A stretch of DNA of 64,000 bases from Alphaproteobacteria bacterium (GTDB lineage Bacteria; Pseudomonadota; Alphaproteobacteria; UBA828), in the NCBI GenBank assembly GCA_965221125.1, contig CBDCRW010000007.1, positions 608,001 through 672,000 of the forward strand, given 5' to 3'. The position numbers and the translations under genes were made by a program. Under the pieces are notes generated by a model. It had not been told where the DNA came from and did not search any database. It saw nothing but the letters and a program-made list of their open reading frames with translations. This document shows, piece by piece, positions 32,936 through 43,747 of this stretch; position 1 is the first letter of the stretch; each line of letters opens with the position of its first letter.

Positions 32936-34192
32936 CTACTTCCTGCTGCGTTCTGCGACCAGTGCGTCGAGTTTCTCGAGCAGGGCCGCGCGGTCGGGCC
33001 GAAAATCCTGCTCGACCCACCAGTCCTCGACGGCTTTGAGCAATTCGCCGACCTCCGGCCCTTCCTCGATACCGCGTTCGATCACGTCCTCGCCGCGTAG
33101 CAGGAACTCCGGTGTCTCCCACGCATCGGCGATCTCCAGCATCGCACGCAAGGATGAGTCCTTCGCATCAAGGTTCTCCTTAGCCCAAACGACGAGCACC
33201 AGGTCCCAGAAGCGCTCACGTCCTAGTCGATAGAGGAGTCGGCGCTGGACTCGGCGGTCAATGCGAGGGGTGATCGGGTTTGGCCCTACAACGAGCGCGA
33301 CAAGTCTTTCGGCCTGAATTCGCGGCAGTTGCCAGCGATCGGCGAAGGCCCGCACGGCGGTGGCGGTGTACTCTGTGCCGCTATCGGCGATCAAAGCGGC
33401 GAGTCGCCGGATCGGGTCGAGAGCGGAAAAAAATCGCTCGAGGCCGATGAGGCGGGTGAAAGCTTCTGGCTGCTGTACCAATGGCAACAGTTGATCGAGA
33501 ACGCCAGTGTTGAGCATGGCGGAGATCGCCGGTACGGGATCATCTGAAGCCAGCAGCTTCAGCATCTCGCTCTGAATTCGTTCGTACGATAGCAGCGTGA
33601 TCGCGCCTGATGCCGCTTCGCAAGCTACAAACGCATCCGCGTCCGGCTCGCCGCGCCCGTACCACGCGAAAAAACGGAAGAAGCGGAGGATGCGCAGATG
33701 GTCCTCGGCGATGCGCGTGGCGGGATCGCCGACGAAGCGCACCCGGCCGGCCTCCAGGTCCGCCTGCCCGCCGAAGTAGTCGTGGAGCGTGCCGTCGGGC
33801 GCCGCGCTCATGGCGTTGATGGTGAAGTCGCGCCGCGCCGCGTCCTCGCGCCAGTCGTCGGTAAACGCGACCTCGGCGTGGCGGCCGTCGGTGCGCTCGT
33901 CGCGCCTGAGCGTCGTGATCTCGTAGCGGCTGCCGCCGGCAAGCGCGGTCACCGTTCCGTGCGCGATCCCGCGCGGGACGGTGCGGCTCTCCAGCCCTGC
34001 GTCCTTCAGCAGCGCCAGCACGCGCTCCGGCGGGTCAAGGGTGCCGATGTCGATGTCGTTGCTTTCGTGGCCGAGCAGCGCGTCCCGCACGCAGCCGCCG
34101 ACGAAGCGAACGTCGGCGCCGCCGGCGGTGAGCGCGTCGATCACCGCGCGCGTTCCCGGCGCCGTCATCCAGGGGGCGCGGACCGTGCCCAC
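32936..34192 (-). CDS. cca: CCA tRNA nucleotidyltransferase / poly(A) polymerase family
   Basis: RFVGGCVRD, DIDI, YEITTLRRD, RRDFTINA, EDHLRILRFFRF; GTG start at 34192 inferred. Confidence 0.92.
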   Translation of the reverse strand: MGTVRAPWMTAPGTRAVIDALTAGGADVRFVGGCVRDALLGHESNDIDIGTLDPPERVLALLKDAGLESRTVPRGIAHGTVTALAGGSRYEITTLRRDERTDGRHAEVAFTDDWREDAARRDFTINAMSAAPDGTLHDYFGGQADLEAGRVRFVGDPATRIAEDHLRILRFFRFFAWYGRGEPDADAFVACEAASGAITLLSYERIQSEMLKLLASDDPVPAISAMLNTGVLDQLLPLVQQPEAFTRLIGLERFFSALDPIRRLAALIADSGTEYTATAVRAFADRWQLPRIQAERLVALVVGPNPITPRIDRRVQRRLLYRLGRERFWDLVLVVWAKENLDAKDSSLRAMLEIADAWETPEFLLRGEDVIERGIEEGPEVGELLKAVEDWWVEQDFRPDRAALLEKLDALVAERSRK

Positions 34193-34203
34193 CCGGCGCG
34201 CGC

Positions 34204-34482
34204 TCAGTCGACGACCTCGCCGGGCACGATCTCGCCGTCGACGATGCGCGCCGGCACGTAGGTCCCTTCGGGGTCGCTGCCGCCGAGCAGCGCCCATACC
34301 ACCAGGCTCGACGCCGTCAGAATCATGCCGCTGCCCAGCAGCCGGACCCACGGCATCTTGCGCAGCTGCGCCGCCGCGTTGCTGCGGCTCAGCTGAAGTC
34401 GCCGCGTCAGGATCAGAAACGCGAAGTACAGGATCGTCGGCGCGAGCAGGATCAGGATATGGATCAGGGTGGTTCTCAGCAT
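34204..34482 (-). CDS. Small membrane protein (DUF6111-like)
   Basis: Two TM segments, C-terminal YVPARIVDGEIVPG; lies between the Nudix gene and cca. Confidence 0.75.
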   Translation of the reverse strand: MLRTTLIHILILLAPTILYFAFLILTRRLQLSRSNAAAQLRKMPWVRLLGSGMILTASSLVVWALLGGSDPEGTYVPARIVDGEIVPGEVVD

Positions 34483-35138
34483 GATGCGCGCACCACATCC
34501 CGGAAGTTGACGAGGATCGCCGCCGTAGCGCCCCAGACATGATACGCGCCATAGGGCATGACGTAAAAACGGCGCTCCACGCCGCCTACCGTCAGGCCGT
34601 CGCGCCGGTAGTTCGCGGGCTCCAGGACGAAGGAGAGCGGCACCTCGAAGACCTCGGCGACCTCGCGGGTGTCCGGCTCGAAGGCGGGCGGCGCCGCGAC
34701 GAATCCGACGACAGGCGTGATGCGATACCCGGTGCCCACCAGGTAGTCGTCCAGGCGGCCGACGACCTCGACGCTCGCCTGAGGCAGCCCGATTTCCTCT
34801 TCGGCCTCCCGCAGCGCCGTCTTCTGCGGCGTTCCGTCGCCGGGGTCGGCGCGGCCGCCGGGAAAGCTGATCTGGCCCGCGTGGCGCGCGAGCCGCTCGG
34901 CCCGCCGCGTGAGCAGCACCGAGAGCGCGCCGTCCCGCTCGATGACCGCGACGAGCACGGCGGCAGGCGTGATCGGCTCCGAGGCCGGCAGCCGGCCCCA
35001 GGACTCCTCGCTGTGGCGGAGCGAGCCCGGCACGCGGGCCGCAGGCGCGCGTTCGGCCGCGGCGATGACCGCGTCCCACGGCTGATCCGGTGCGCCCGGC
35101 GCCTGCCGCGCCACGCCGCGCAGGATGTCGGCATGCAT
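34476..35138 (-). CDS. CoA pyrophosphatase (Nudix, NudL-like)
   Basis: LLTRRA..L..HAGQISFPGG, ALREAEEEIGL, WGATA. Confidence 0.92.
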   Translation of the reverse strand: MHADILRGVARQAPGAPDQPWDAVIAAAERAPAARVPGSLRHSEESWGRLPASEPITPAAVLVAVIERDGALSVLLTRRAERLARHAGQISFPGGRADPGDGTPQKTALREAEEEIGLPQASVEVVGRLDDYLVGTGYRITPVVGFVAAPPAFEPDTREVAEVFEVPLSFVLEPANYRRDGLTVGGVERRFYVMPYGAYHVWGATAAILVNFRDVVRASC

Positions 35139-35148
35139 GTGGCGCGGC

Positions 35149-35667
35149 TCACGCGGCGGCGTCGAAGGGGAAGAACACGCCGCCGCTCCAGACGCCCAGC
35201 ACCGTGCGGCCCTCGATCTCCCGCTCGACGCAGAGCTCCACCAGCGGATAGAAGGCCGAGCGGGCCACGCGGGCCTCCAGGCCGCCGCGGACGGTGAGGT
35301 AGGGCGCCTTCTCGTCCGATCCCGGCAGGGAGCGGAAGGCGAGGGGATGGGCAGGGCCGGCGCTCACCCACTCGTCCAGGTTGGTGCGGAAGCGCAGGCA
35401 TTGCGCCTCGCCGCCGCCTTCGGCCTCCATCTCGACGGCGACGAAGGGCACGTCGTCCACGGCAATCCGCGCCTTCTCCACCGGGGTGACGAGCCAGTAG
35501 TCGTCGTCCTCGCGCCTCAGCACGCTCGCGAAGAGCTTGACCAGAGGCAGTCGGCCGATGGGGCAGCCCTCGTGGAACCACGTGCCGTCGCCCGCGATGC
35601 GGATGTCGATGTCGCCGCAGAAGAGTTGCGCCGGCCGCGCGCCGGCCGGTGCCTGCGATTCGCTCAT
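35149..35667 (-). CDS. DUF1285 family protein
   Basis: CGDIDIRIAGDGTWFHEG, LFASVLR, LVTPVEK, FRTN. Confidence 0.88.
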   Translation of the reverse strand: MSESQAPAGARPAQLFCGDIDIRIAGDGTWFHEGCPIGRLPLVKLFASVLRREDDDYWLVTPVEKARIAVDDVPFVAVEMEAEGGGEAQCLRFRTNLDEWVSAGPAHPLAFRSLPGSDEKAPYLTVRGGLEARVARSAFYPLVELCVEREIEGRTVLGVWSGGVFFPFDAAA

Positions 35668-35780
35668 GGGCGCAGTATAGCCAAGCGCTCGGGCTTGGCG
35701 TCATGTCCGATGCGCAGGCAAAAGGGCCGCGCCCCCTTGCGAAGGCGCGGCCCGCATGTCGAGCAGGATGCCGCGAGGCG

Positions 35781-36890
35781 TCAGCCGACGTGCTCGTCGA
35801 TCAGGCGGTTCACCTCGGTGGCGGCTTCCATCTGCACCATGTGGCCTTGCCCGTCCATCACCGTGCAGCGCACGCCGTCCGGCAGGCCGTCGGCATGGGA
35901 GGCGGGGATGATCTGGTCGCCCGCGCCCCAGATGACCAGTGTCGGCACGCTGCCGGCCACATCGCGCATCACCTCCGCCTGCGCGCCGCCGGGCGCGAAG
36001 GCATCGCGGACGGTGCCGAGCGCGGCCGTGACGCCGTCGATCCGCTTGAAGGCGAGCAGGTCGTTGACGAGCTGGCGCGTCACCAGCGCCGGATCGCTGA
36101 ACAGCTTCTCGACGTGCGGCTTCAAATCCTTCCGGCGCTCGGCCGAGATGAAGCCCTCCAGGTAGTCGCCGTCGATCTCGCTCCCCAAGCCCGCGCTGCC
36201 GATCAGGGTGACGGAGGCCACGCGCTCCGGCGCCGCCTTCGCGACCGCAAGCGAGATCGCGCCGCCCATGGAGTGGCCCACGAGATGCGCCTTCTCGATC
36301 CCCAGCGCATCGGCGAAGCCGGTGACGACGCCGGCGAAGAAGCCGACCGAGCCGTCGCCCGCGTCCTTGCTGGAGCTGCCGTGCCCCGGCAGGTCGAGGG
36401 CGTAGACCGTCCTCGTCGCCGCGAGCGCCTCGTGGTTGAACAGCCAGTTGTTGAGGTCGCCGCCGAAGCCGTGGATCAGGATGACCGGCGTGCCGCCTTC
36501 GCCGCGCGGGAGGTAGCGGATCTGCCGCCCGTCGACCTCCACCGTCTCGGTGGCGGGGCCGCTGTCCTCGTCGTCGTCCTCCGGCGGCACGAAGTTGGCC
36601 TGGAAGTCCGTGACGAAGGCGTCGATATCGCCGTCGGCGACGCTTTCCTCGGCCACGATGCCGAGCAGGCCGCCGACCGGCAGCACGTCGCCTTCCTGGG
36701 CGACGCAGCGCCGCAGCACGCCTGCATCCGCCGCCTCGACCGCGCTGGAGATCTTCTCGGTCTCGATATCGATGATCTCATCGCCCGGCGTGATCGAATC
36801 GCCTTCGTCCACGAGCCAGCCGGCGACCTTCCCCTCCTTCATGGAGAGGCCCCACTTGGGCATGCATATGGTGCGAATGCCCTCGCTCAT
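35781..36890 (-). CDS. acoC: Acetoin dehydrogenase E2 component (lipoyl domain + alpha/beta hydrolase)
   Basis: MPKWGLSM, IETEKI lipoyl site, HGFGGDLNNWLFN, GHSMGG. Confidence 0.93.
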   Translation of the reverse strand: MSEGIRTICMPKWGLSMKEGKVAGWLVDEGDSITPGDEIIDIETEKISSAVEAADAGVLRRCVAQEGDVLPVGGLLGIVAEESVADGDIDAFVTDFQANFVPPEDDDEDSGPATETVEVDGRQIRYLPRGEGGTPVILIHGFGGDLNNWLFNHEALAATRTVYALDLPGHGSSSKDAGDGSVGFFAGVVTGFADALGIEKAHLVGHSMGGAISLAVAKAAPERVASVTLIGSAGLGSEIDGDYLEGFISAERRKDLKPHVEKLFSDPALVTRQLVNDLLAFKRIDGVTAALGTVRDAFAPGGAQAEVMRDVAGSVPTLVIWGAGDQIIPASHADGLPDGVRCTVMDGQGHMVQMEAATEVNRLIDEHVG

Positions 36891-37900
36891 TTGCTGGACT
36901 CCATCACCGCCTTCACGGCCTTCTGCACCGCCGCCGCGTCGGGGATGTAGAGATCCTCGAGCGTATCCGCGAACGGCACCGGCGTGTGCGGCGCGGTCAC
37001 CTGCTTGATCGGCCCCTTGAGCGAATCGAAGGCCTTTTCGCAGACCATGGCCGCGATGTCGGTCGCCATGTTGCAGCGCGGGTGCGCCTCGTCCAGCACC
37101 ACCAGACGGCCGGTGTTCTCCACCGTCTCGATCACGGTGTCCTCATCCAGCGGCGAGGTGGTGCGCAGGTCGACGATCTCGCACTCGATGCCGTCGCCCG
37201 CGAGCGCACTCGCCGCCTCGGTCGCGACGTGGACCATGCGGCCCAGCGTCACGATGGAGACGTCGTCGCCCTCGCGCACGATGTTGGCCTCGCCGAAGGG
37301 GAGCGCATACGGCTCCTCCGGCACGTCACCTTCCAGCGTGTAGAGCGCCTTGTGCTCGCAGAAGATCACCGGGTCGCTGTCGCGGATCGACTGGATCAGC
37401 AGCCCCTTGGCGTCGTAGGGCGTGGCCGGGGTCACGACCTTGAGTCCGGGGATGTGGGTGAACACCGGGTAGAGGCACTGCGAGTGCTGGGCGGCCGCGC
37501 GCAGGCCCGCGCCGTACATGGTGCGGATCACCACCGGCGTCTCCGCCTTGCCGCCGAACATGTAGCGGAACTTCGCCGCCTGGTTGAAGATCTGGTCGAA
37601 GCAGACGCCCATGAAGTCGATGAACATCAGCTCGGCCACCGGGCGCAGCCCGGAGGTCGCCGCGCCGACGGCGGCGCCGATGAAGGCGGATTCGGTGATG
37701 GGCGTATCCATGACCCGGTCGCCGAACCTGCCGTAGAGCCCCTTGGTGATGCCGAGCGGCCCGCCCCAGGCGTCGCGCTCGCCGTCGGTGCCGAGGCCGC
37801 CGGCCACGTCCTCGCCCATGATGACGACGGTCTCGTCGCGCTCCATCTCCTGCGCGAGGGCCTCGTTGATTGCCTGTTGATAGGTGACTGTGCGTGCCAT
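36887..37900 (-). CDS. acoB: Acetoin dehydrogenase E1 beta subunit
   Basis: DAWGG, DTPITE, NQAAKFRYMFGGK, AAQHSQ. Confidence 0.92.
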   Translation of the reverse strand: MARTVTYQQAINEALAQEMERDETVVIMGEDVAGGLGTDGERDAWGGPLGITKGLYGRFGDRVMDTPITESAFIGAAVGAATSGLRPVAELMFIDFMGVCFDQIFNQAAKFRYMFGGKAETPVVIRTMYGAGLRAAAQHSQCLYPVFTHIPGLKVVTPATPYDAKGLLIQSIRDSDPVIFCEHKALYTLEGDVPEEPYALPFGEANIVREGDDVSIVTLGRMVHVATEAASALAGDGIECEIVDLRTTSPLDEDTVIETVENTGRLVVLDEAHPRCNMATDIAAMVCEKAFDSLKGPIKQVTAPHTPVPFADTLEDLYIPDAAAVQKAVKAVMESSK

Positions 37901-37915
37901 GAGAGCCTCCCTCGC

Positions 37916-38884
37916 TCAGTAGGATACGTAGACGTCGGTGAGAAGATCGGCCGCCGTCGGGGCCGGCGATACCTTGGCCTTGGCGACCGCGCCGTCGATC
38001 TGCGCCTCGGCCTCCGAGTCGATCGCGTCGAGATCGGCGGCGTCGAGCAGGCCGGCCTCCGTCACCTTCTCGCGGAACAGCGCGAGGCAGTCCCGCGTCT
38101 CGCGCAGCTTCTTCACCTCGTCGGGGCCGCGGTAGGTCTGCGCGTCGCCCTCGAAGTGCCCGTAGTAGCGGTTGAGCTTGCATTCCAGCAGGCTCGGGCC
38201 GCCGCCGTCGCGGGCCCGCTTGATGGCCTCGCCGGCCGCCTCGTGGACCGCGAAGAAGTCGTGCCCGTCGACAACGACGCCCGGCATGTTGAAGCCGCTG
38301 GCGCGGTCGGCCGCGTCGTCGCAGGCGATCGACCACTTGGACGAGGTCGATTCCGCGTAGCCGTTGTTCTCGACCACGAAGATGCAGGGCAGGTTCCAGA
38401 CCGAGGCGAGATTGAGGCTCTCGAAGGTGGTGCCCTGGTTCGAGCCGCCGTCGCCGACGAAGGCGATGGCGACGCCGCCGGTGCCGAGCTGCTTGGCCGC
38501 GAGGCCCGCGCCGCAGATGAGCGGCGGCCCGCCGCCGACGATGCCGTTGGCGCCCATCATGCCCTTGTCCAGGTCGGCGATGTGCATGGAGCCGCCCTTG
38601 CCGGCGCAGAGCCCGTCCTTGCGGCCGTAGATCTCCGCCATCATGCCGTCCACGTCGCAGCCCTTGGCGATGCAGTGGCCGTGGCCGCGATGGGTGCTGG
38701 CGATGCGGTCGCGATCGTCGAGGTGCATGCAGACGCCGACGCCGCTTGCTTCCTCTCCGGCGTACAGGTGCACGAACCCCGGAATGTCGCCGGTCGCGAA
38801 CTCGACGTGTAGGCGTTCCTCGAACTCGCGGATCGTGCGCATGGTTCGATAGGCGGTCAACAAGTCGTCTTTGCTAAGCTGCAT
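37916..38884 (-). CDS. acoA: Acetoin dehydrogenase E1 alpha subunit
   Basis: IPGFVHLYAGEEA, STHRGHGH, GDGGSNQG TPP motif, RYYGHFEGDAQTYR. Confidence 0.93.
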   Translation of the reverse strand: MQLSKDDLLTAYRTMRTIREFEERLHVEFATGDIPGFVHLYAGEEASGVGVCMHLDDRDRIASTHRGHGHCIAKGCDVDGMMAEIYGRKDGLCAGKGGSMHIADLDKGMMGANGIVGGGPPLICGAGLAAKQLGTGGVAIAFVGDGGSNQGTTFESLNLASVWNLPCIFVVENNGYAESTSSKWSIACDDAADRASGFNMPGVVVDGHDFFAVHEAAGEAIKRARDGGGPSLLECKLNRYYGHFEGDAQTYRGPDEVKKLRETRDCLALFREKVTEAGLLDAADLDAIDSEAEAQIDGAVAKAKVSPAPTAADLLTDVYVSY

Positions 38885-38923
38885 GCGTCGTATCTCCCTT
38901 TGCCAGAGTGGTGGCGTTCGACC

Positions 38924-40018
<1,095 letters not shown>

Positions 40019-40055
40019 CAGTACCCCCAGACAGGCATTCGCCGAGGCCCCCCGC

Positions 40056-40934
40056 CTATTCCCTGACCGCGCCCATGGTGAGCCCGGCGACGAGATAGCG
40101 CCGGATCAGAAGCCCGAGAAACATCATCGGCACCGTCGTCACGACGCCGGCGGCCATGATCATGCCCCACTGGATCTTGACCGGCTGGACCAGCTCCGCC
40201 GTCGCCACCGGCAGGGTCTTGGCACCGCCCGAGCCGATGATCGACGCGAACAGGAAGTCGTTCCAGCCGAACAGCACGCAGAGCACGATGAAGGCGCCGA
40301 TCCCCGGCGCCACCAGCGGAATGATGAGTCTGAACGCCTGCCAGCGGGTGCAGCCGTCGCATTGCGCCGCCTCTTCGATCGCGTAGGGCACGTTGTCGAA
40401 GAAGCCCTTCAGAATCCAGATGGCGAAGGGGAGGTTGAAGGTCGTGTAGGCGAGGATCAGGCCGGGCAGGGTGCCCACCAGCCCGGACGAGCGGAAGATC
40501 ACGTAGAGCGGCACCATCACGGCCACGACCGGCGCCATGCGGGTCGAGATGATCCAGAAGAGCAGGTCGCGCTTGCCGCGGAACTCGGCGCGCGAGAGGG
40601 CGTAGGCCGCCATCGAGCCGAGCGAGACCGAGACCGCGGCCGAGCCCAGCGAGGCGATCAGGCTGTTGCGCAGGTACGTGCCGAAGTGCTTCTCGGTGAA
40701 GAGCTCGACATAGTGCGCGCCTGTCGGCTTGAAGTCGAACATGACGCCGACCCCGCCGAAATCGCCGACTTCGGGCAGCTGGAACGCATCCAGCAGGTCC
40801 TTGAAGGACGAGACCACCATGATGAGCAGCGGCAGCACCGTCCAGACGAAGAAGAAGATCAGGAACAGGGTCGAGAGCGCCCGGAGCGCAGTGCGCAACG
40901 GCGAGCGGTATTGGACGATCTCGCGCGATGCCAC
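40056..40934 (-). CDS. Carbohydrate ABC transporter permease (MalG-like)
   Basis: EEAAQCDG EAA motif, GLTMGAV C-terminus. Confidence 0.93.
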   Translation of the reverse strand: MASREIVQYRSPLRTALRALSTLFLIFFFVWTVLPLLIMVVSSFKDLLDAFQLPEVGDFGGVGVMFDFKPTGAHYVELFTEKHFGTYLRNSLIASLGSAAVSVSLGSMAAYALSRAEFRGKRDLLFWIISTRMAPVVAVMVPLYVIFRSSGLVGTLPGLILAYTTFNLPFAIWILKGFFDNVPYAIEEAAQCDGCTRWQAFRLIIPLVAPGIGAFIVLCVLFGWNDFLFASIIGSGGAKTLPVATAELVQPVKIQWGMIMAAGVVTTVPMMFLGLLIRRYLVAGLTMGAVRE

Positions 40935-40937
40935 CGC

Positions 40938-41912
40938 CTAGTCCTCCCGCTGTGTCCTGAGCTTCCGGGTCGGGTCCTCGAACACGATGGTCAGCACCAG
41001 GCCCAGCAGGATCGTCAGCAGCAGCAGCGTGAAGGCGATCGCGGCGCCGCGGCCAAGCTCGAAGAACTTGAACGAGACGTCGAAGAGGTAGGTCGGCAGG
41101 ATCTTGGTGGCGTTGGCGGGGCCGCCGCCGGTCATGATCAGGATGTGGTCGATGAACCTGAAGTTGTCCATGAAGCGGAGCAGGATTGCGATCAGCAGGA
41201 AGGGGTAGAGGTTGGGCAGCGCCACGCTGAAGAAGTTGCGGAAGGGCCCCGCGCCATCGACCATATGAGCTTCGAGCTGCTCCTGCGGCACACGCTTCAG
41301 CCCGGCGAGCGTGATGAGGGCGATGAGCGGCGTCCATTGCCACACGTCGGTGGCGACGATCGCGAACATCGCCCAGAACTTGTTGCCGAGGATCGAGCCG
41401 CCTTCCAGCAGGCCGATGCTCTGCAGCAGCCAGAAATACCAGCCGAAGGTCCCGTTATAGAGAAACATGTAAAGGAAGCCGGCGATGACCGGCGCCATCA
41501 TCATCGGCATCAGGAAGATGGTGACGAGGATCTTCTCGAAGCGGTTGTTGTGAAGGATGACCGCCAGCAGGACACCGAGGCCGATCTCGACCGAGAGGCA
41601 GAGCGCGCTGTACTTGAAGAGCGTGAGCCAGCCCCTGGCGAACTTCTTGTCCGAGGCCAGCCGCGAGAAGTTGTCGATGCCGGCCCACACGTCCGACTTG
41701 CCGGGCGCGAGCTGCACCTCGTGCAGGGTCATGTAGATCAGCCAGACCAGGGGATAGAGCGAGATCGCCGCCAGCAGCAGGATCGCCGGCAGCATCAGCC
41801 ACAGCAGGTAGTAGCGCGGCGGCCGGCGGTTGAAGTCGTCGGGGTGATAGTCGATGGACCGCACACCGCGCACGACGCCTTCCGCGACATCCATGTTCGC
41901 GATGTTGGCCAT
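40938..41912 (-). CDS. Carbohydrate ABC transporter permease (MalF-like)
   Basis: DVWQWTP, EAHMVDGA, TGGGP. Confidence 0.93.
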   Translation of the reverse strand: MANIANMDVAEGVVRGVRSIDYHPDDFNRRPPRYYLLWLMLPAILLLAAISLYPLVWLIYMTLHEVQLAPGKSDVWAGIDNFSRLASDKKFARGWLTLFKYSALCLSVEIGLGVLLAVILHNNRFEKILVTIFLMPMMMAPVIAGFLYMFLYNGTFGWYFWLLQSIGLLEGGSILGNKFWAMFAIVATDVWQWTPLIALITLAGLKRVPQEQLEAHMVDGAGPFRNFFSVALPNLYPFLLIAILLRFMDNFRFIDHILIMTGGGPANATKILPTYLFDVSFKFFELGRGAAIAFTLLLLTILLGLVLTIVFEDPTRKLRTQRED

Positions 41913-42025
41913 GCGCCGGTTCTCCGCGCCCTCTCTGCGCTGGCAGCTTGCCGCCGCCGGCGCCGGTCAGAAGCCGCCGACCGCCCGGGGGGCGCCGCAG
42001 CGCCTCCCGGGCAGCGGGGTAACGT

Positions 42026-43555
42026 CTAGATGTCGTGGATGGCGTTCAGCTCGTCCTTGATGGAGTCGCACGCCTCCTGTGCGGAAAGCTCGCCGGCAAT
42101 GCACTGCTGCGTGCCGACGCGGACGATCTCGTGGTACTCGTTCGACTTCGGCAGCTTCGGCCCGAGCACCATGTTGGGCGAGCGGATGCCCTTGTCGTAG
42201 ACCGCCTCGAAGGTGAGAGCGTTCGGCATGGTGGTCGGCCGGTTGCGCGCCTCCTTGACCTCCGGCACCTCGAGGACGGACCTCCGCGTGGGCGTGCCGC
42301 CGACGCCCTGCAGCACCATGAGCTGCGTCTCGTGGCTGCAGGCCCAGCTCGCGAAGATGAACGCCGCGCGCTGCAGGTCCATCGACGCGCCGGCGTTGAT
42401 GCCGATGCCGCCGATGCCGCAGTTGGTCGCGTTGACCACGTTGTCGCCGCCGTCAGTGTTCCACTCCACGGCGCCCTTCGGCCCCATGGCGTAGGCCGTC
42501 TTGCCGCCGGCCGCGACCGACTGCTCGGCGTCTTCGACCGAGGCCGCGAACTCGTGGTACTGGATCTGCATGGCGACGCCGCCGGCGGCGTAGACCGTGT
42601 TCAGCTCCAGCGTGCCGTTGGTCAGGTTGTCGGGGTGGCTCACGTCGGCGAGCGCCTTGTAGCCCTCCATCGCCTTGACCGACTGCGCATCGCCCCAGTT
42701 GGTCGGGCCGGGGTTCTTCGAGCCCAGCGTGTCGTCGACCGCGAAGTCGAGCCACTGGTTCTGCGCGTACATGTGGCGCTGGATGTCGAGCTGCGTGGTC
42801 CAGCCGAACGAGCCGTGATGCTGCGCGTAGCCGTAGGGGATCGACGAATCGCGCTCGTGCATCTTGCCGAAGAACTCGGTGATGTCGACCATGTCCTTGT
42901 AGGTCGTTTCGTCGGTGAACTCGAGGCGGTAGCCGTAGTCGGCCTCGAAGTCCTTGCTCAGCTGCTCGAACAGGTCCTGGCGGTAGAAGGTGCACGAGAC
43001 CGCGCAGTCGTAGGGGAAGGCGCGGATCGGCCCGCGCTCATAGTAGACGCCGCAGGCATCCAGATAGTTCTCGAACCAGACGTCGCTGCCGTAGCCCTGC
43101 GGGTCGAGCGGGAGCGTGTCGTCGACCGAGAACTCGTTGAGGTCTGCGTAGAAGTCGGCGAAGGGCGAGCCGATCGGCTTGTCCTGCACGTAGTTGAGGT
43201 GATAGTCGGCCTGGCCGCTACGCAGGTCGATGCCGACCTTCTGCTGCACGGTCGGCAGGCCGTCGGTCAGGATCTCCACCTCAATGCCGGTGAGGTCGTA
43301 GAACGCCTGGATGTTGTCGCGGATCGCGAAGGAAGGCGGCGTGTTCTCGGACATGAAGACGAGCTTCGAGCCCTCGTACTGGCGCCACTTGGCTTCGTCG
43401 GAGGAATAGGCGTAGACCGGGCGGCGCGAGATCACCGAGTTCATGCCGACGGCGATCGAGCCCGCGCCGAGCGCGGTTGCGACGCCGCCTCCCAGCTCGA
43501 GGAACTTGCGGCGGCTGATCGGCTTGTACAGCGCCTTCTTGGGCATAGAGAACAT
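42026..43555 (-). CDS. Tat-exported carbohydrate-type ABC solute-binding protein
   Basis: SRRKFL twin-arginine signal, FYRQDLF; RBS GGGAG upstream of ATG 43555. Confidence 0.88.
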   Translation of the reverse strand: MFSMPKKALYKPISRRKFLELGGGVATALGAGSIAVGMNSVISRRPVYAYSSDEAKWRQYEGSKLVFMSENTPPSFAIRDNIQAFYDLTGIEVEILTDGLPTVQQKVGIDLRSGQADYHLNYVQDKPIGSPFADFYADLNEFSVDDTLPLDPQGYGSDVWFENYLDACGVYYERGPIRAFPYDCAVSCTFYRQDLFEQLSKDFEADYGYRLEFTDETTYKDMVDITEFFGKMHERDSSIPYGYAQHHGSFGWTTQLDIQRHMYAQNQWLDFAVDDTLGSKNPGPTNWGDAQSVKAMEGYKALADVSHPDNLTNGTLELNTVYAAGGVAMQIQYHEFAASVEDAEQSVAAGGKTAYAMGPKGAVEWNTDGGDNVVNATNCGIGGIGINAGASMDLQRAAFIFASWACSHETQLMVLQGVGGTPTRRSVLEVPEVKEARNRPTTMPNALTFEAVYDKGIRSPNMVLGPKLPKSNEYHEIVRVGTQQCIAGELSAQEACDSIKDELNAIHDI

Positions 43556-43668
43556 GCTGCTTCTCCCTTGCGGATGTCGAAGAACGGCGGTGCGTTGACT
43601 GGACGGAGGAGGGAGACGGCGCGCGGGTTCACGGCCCAACGGCCTCCCTCCGCCGGCGAAGGGGCAAA

Positions 43669-43694
43669 CTGAACGTTTGTTTTCAGCGAGTCAA
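43669..43694 (-). promoter_or_regulatory. Putative sigma70 -35 box overlapped by an operator-like palindrome
   Basis: Minus strand TTGACT-N17-CAGTTT; CTGAA-N8-TTCAG dyad at 43669-43686. Confidence 0.45.
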
Positions 43695-43747
43695 TGGTCG
43701 CGCGGGAGAGGCGCGCGGGCGCGGCGACGCGGTCCGAAGCGGCTCAG

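Noticed and set aside
35781-36890. Lipoyl domain fused to an alpha/beta hydrolase as a novel fusion
   Set aside because: This is the known architecture of proteobacterial AcoC
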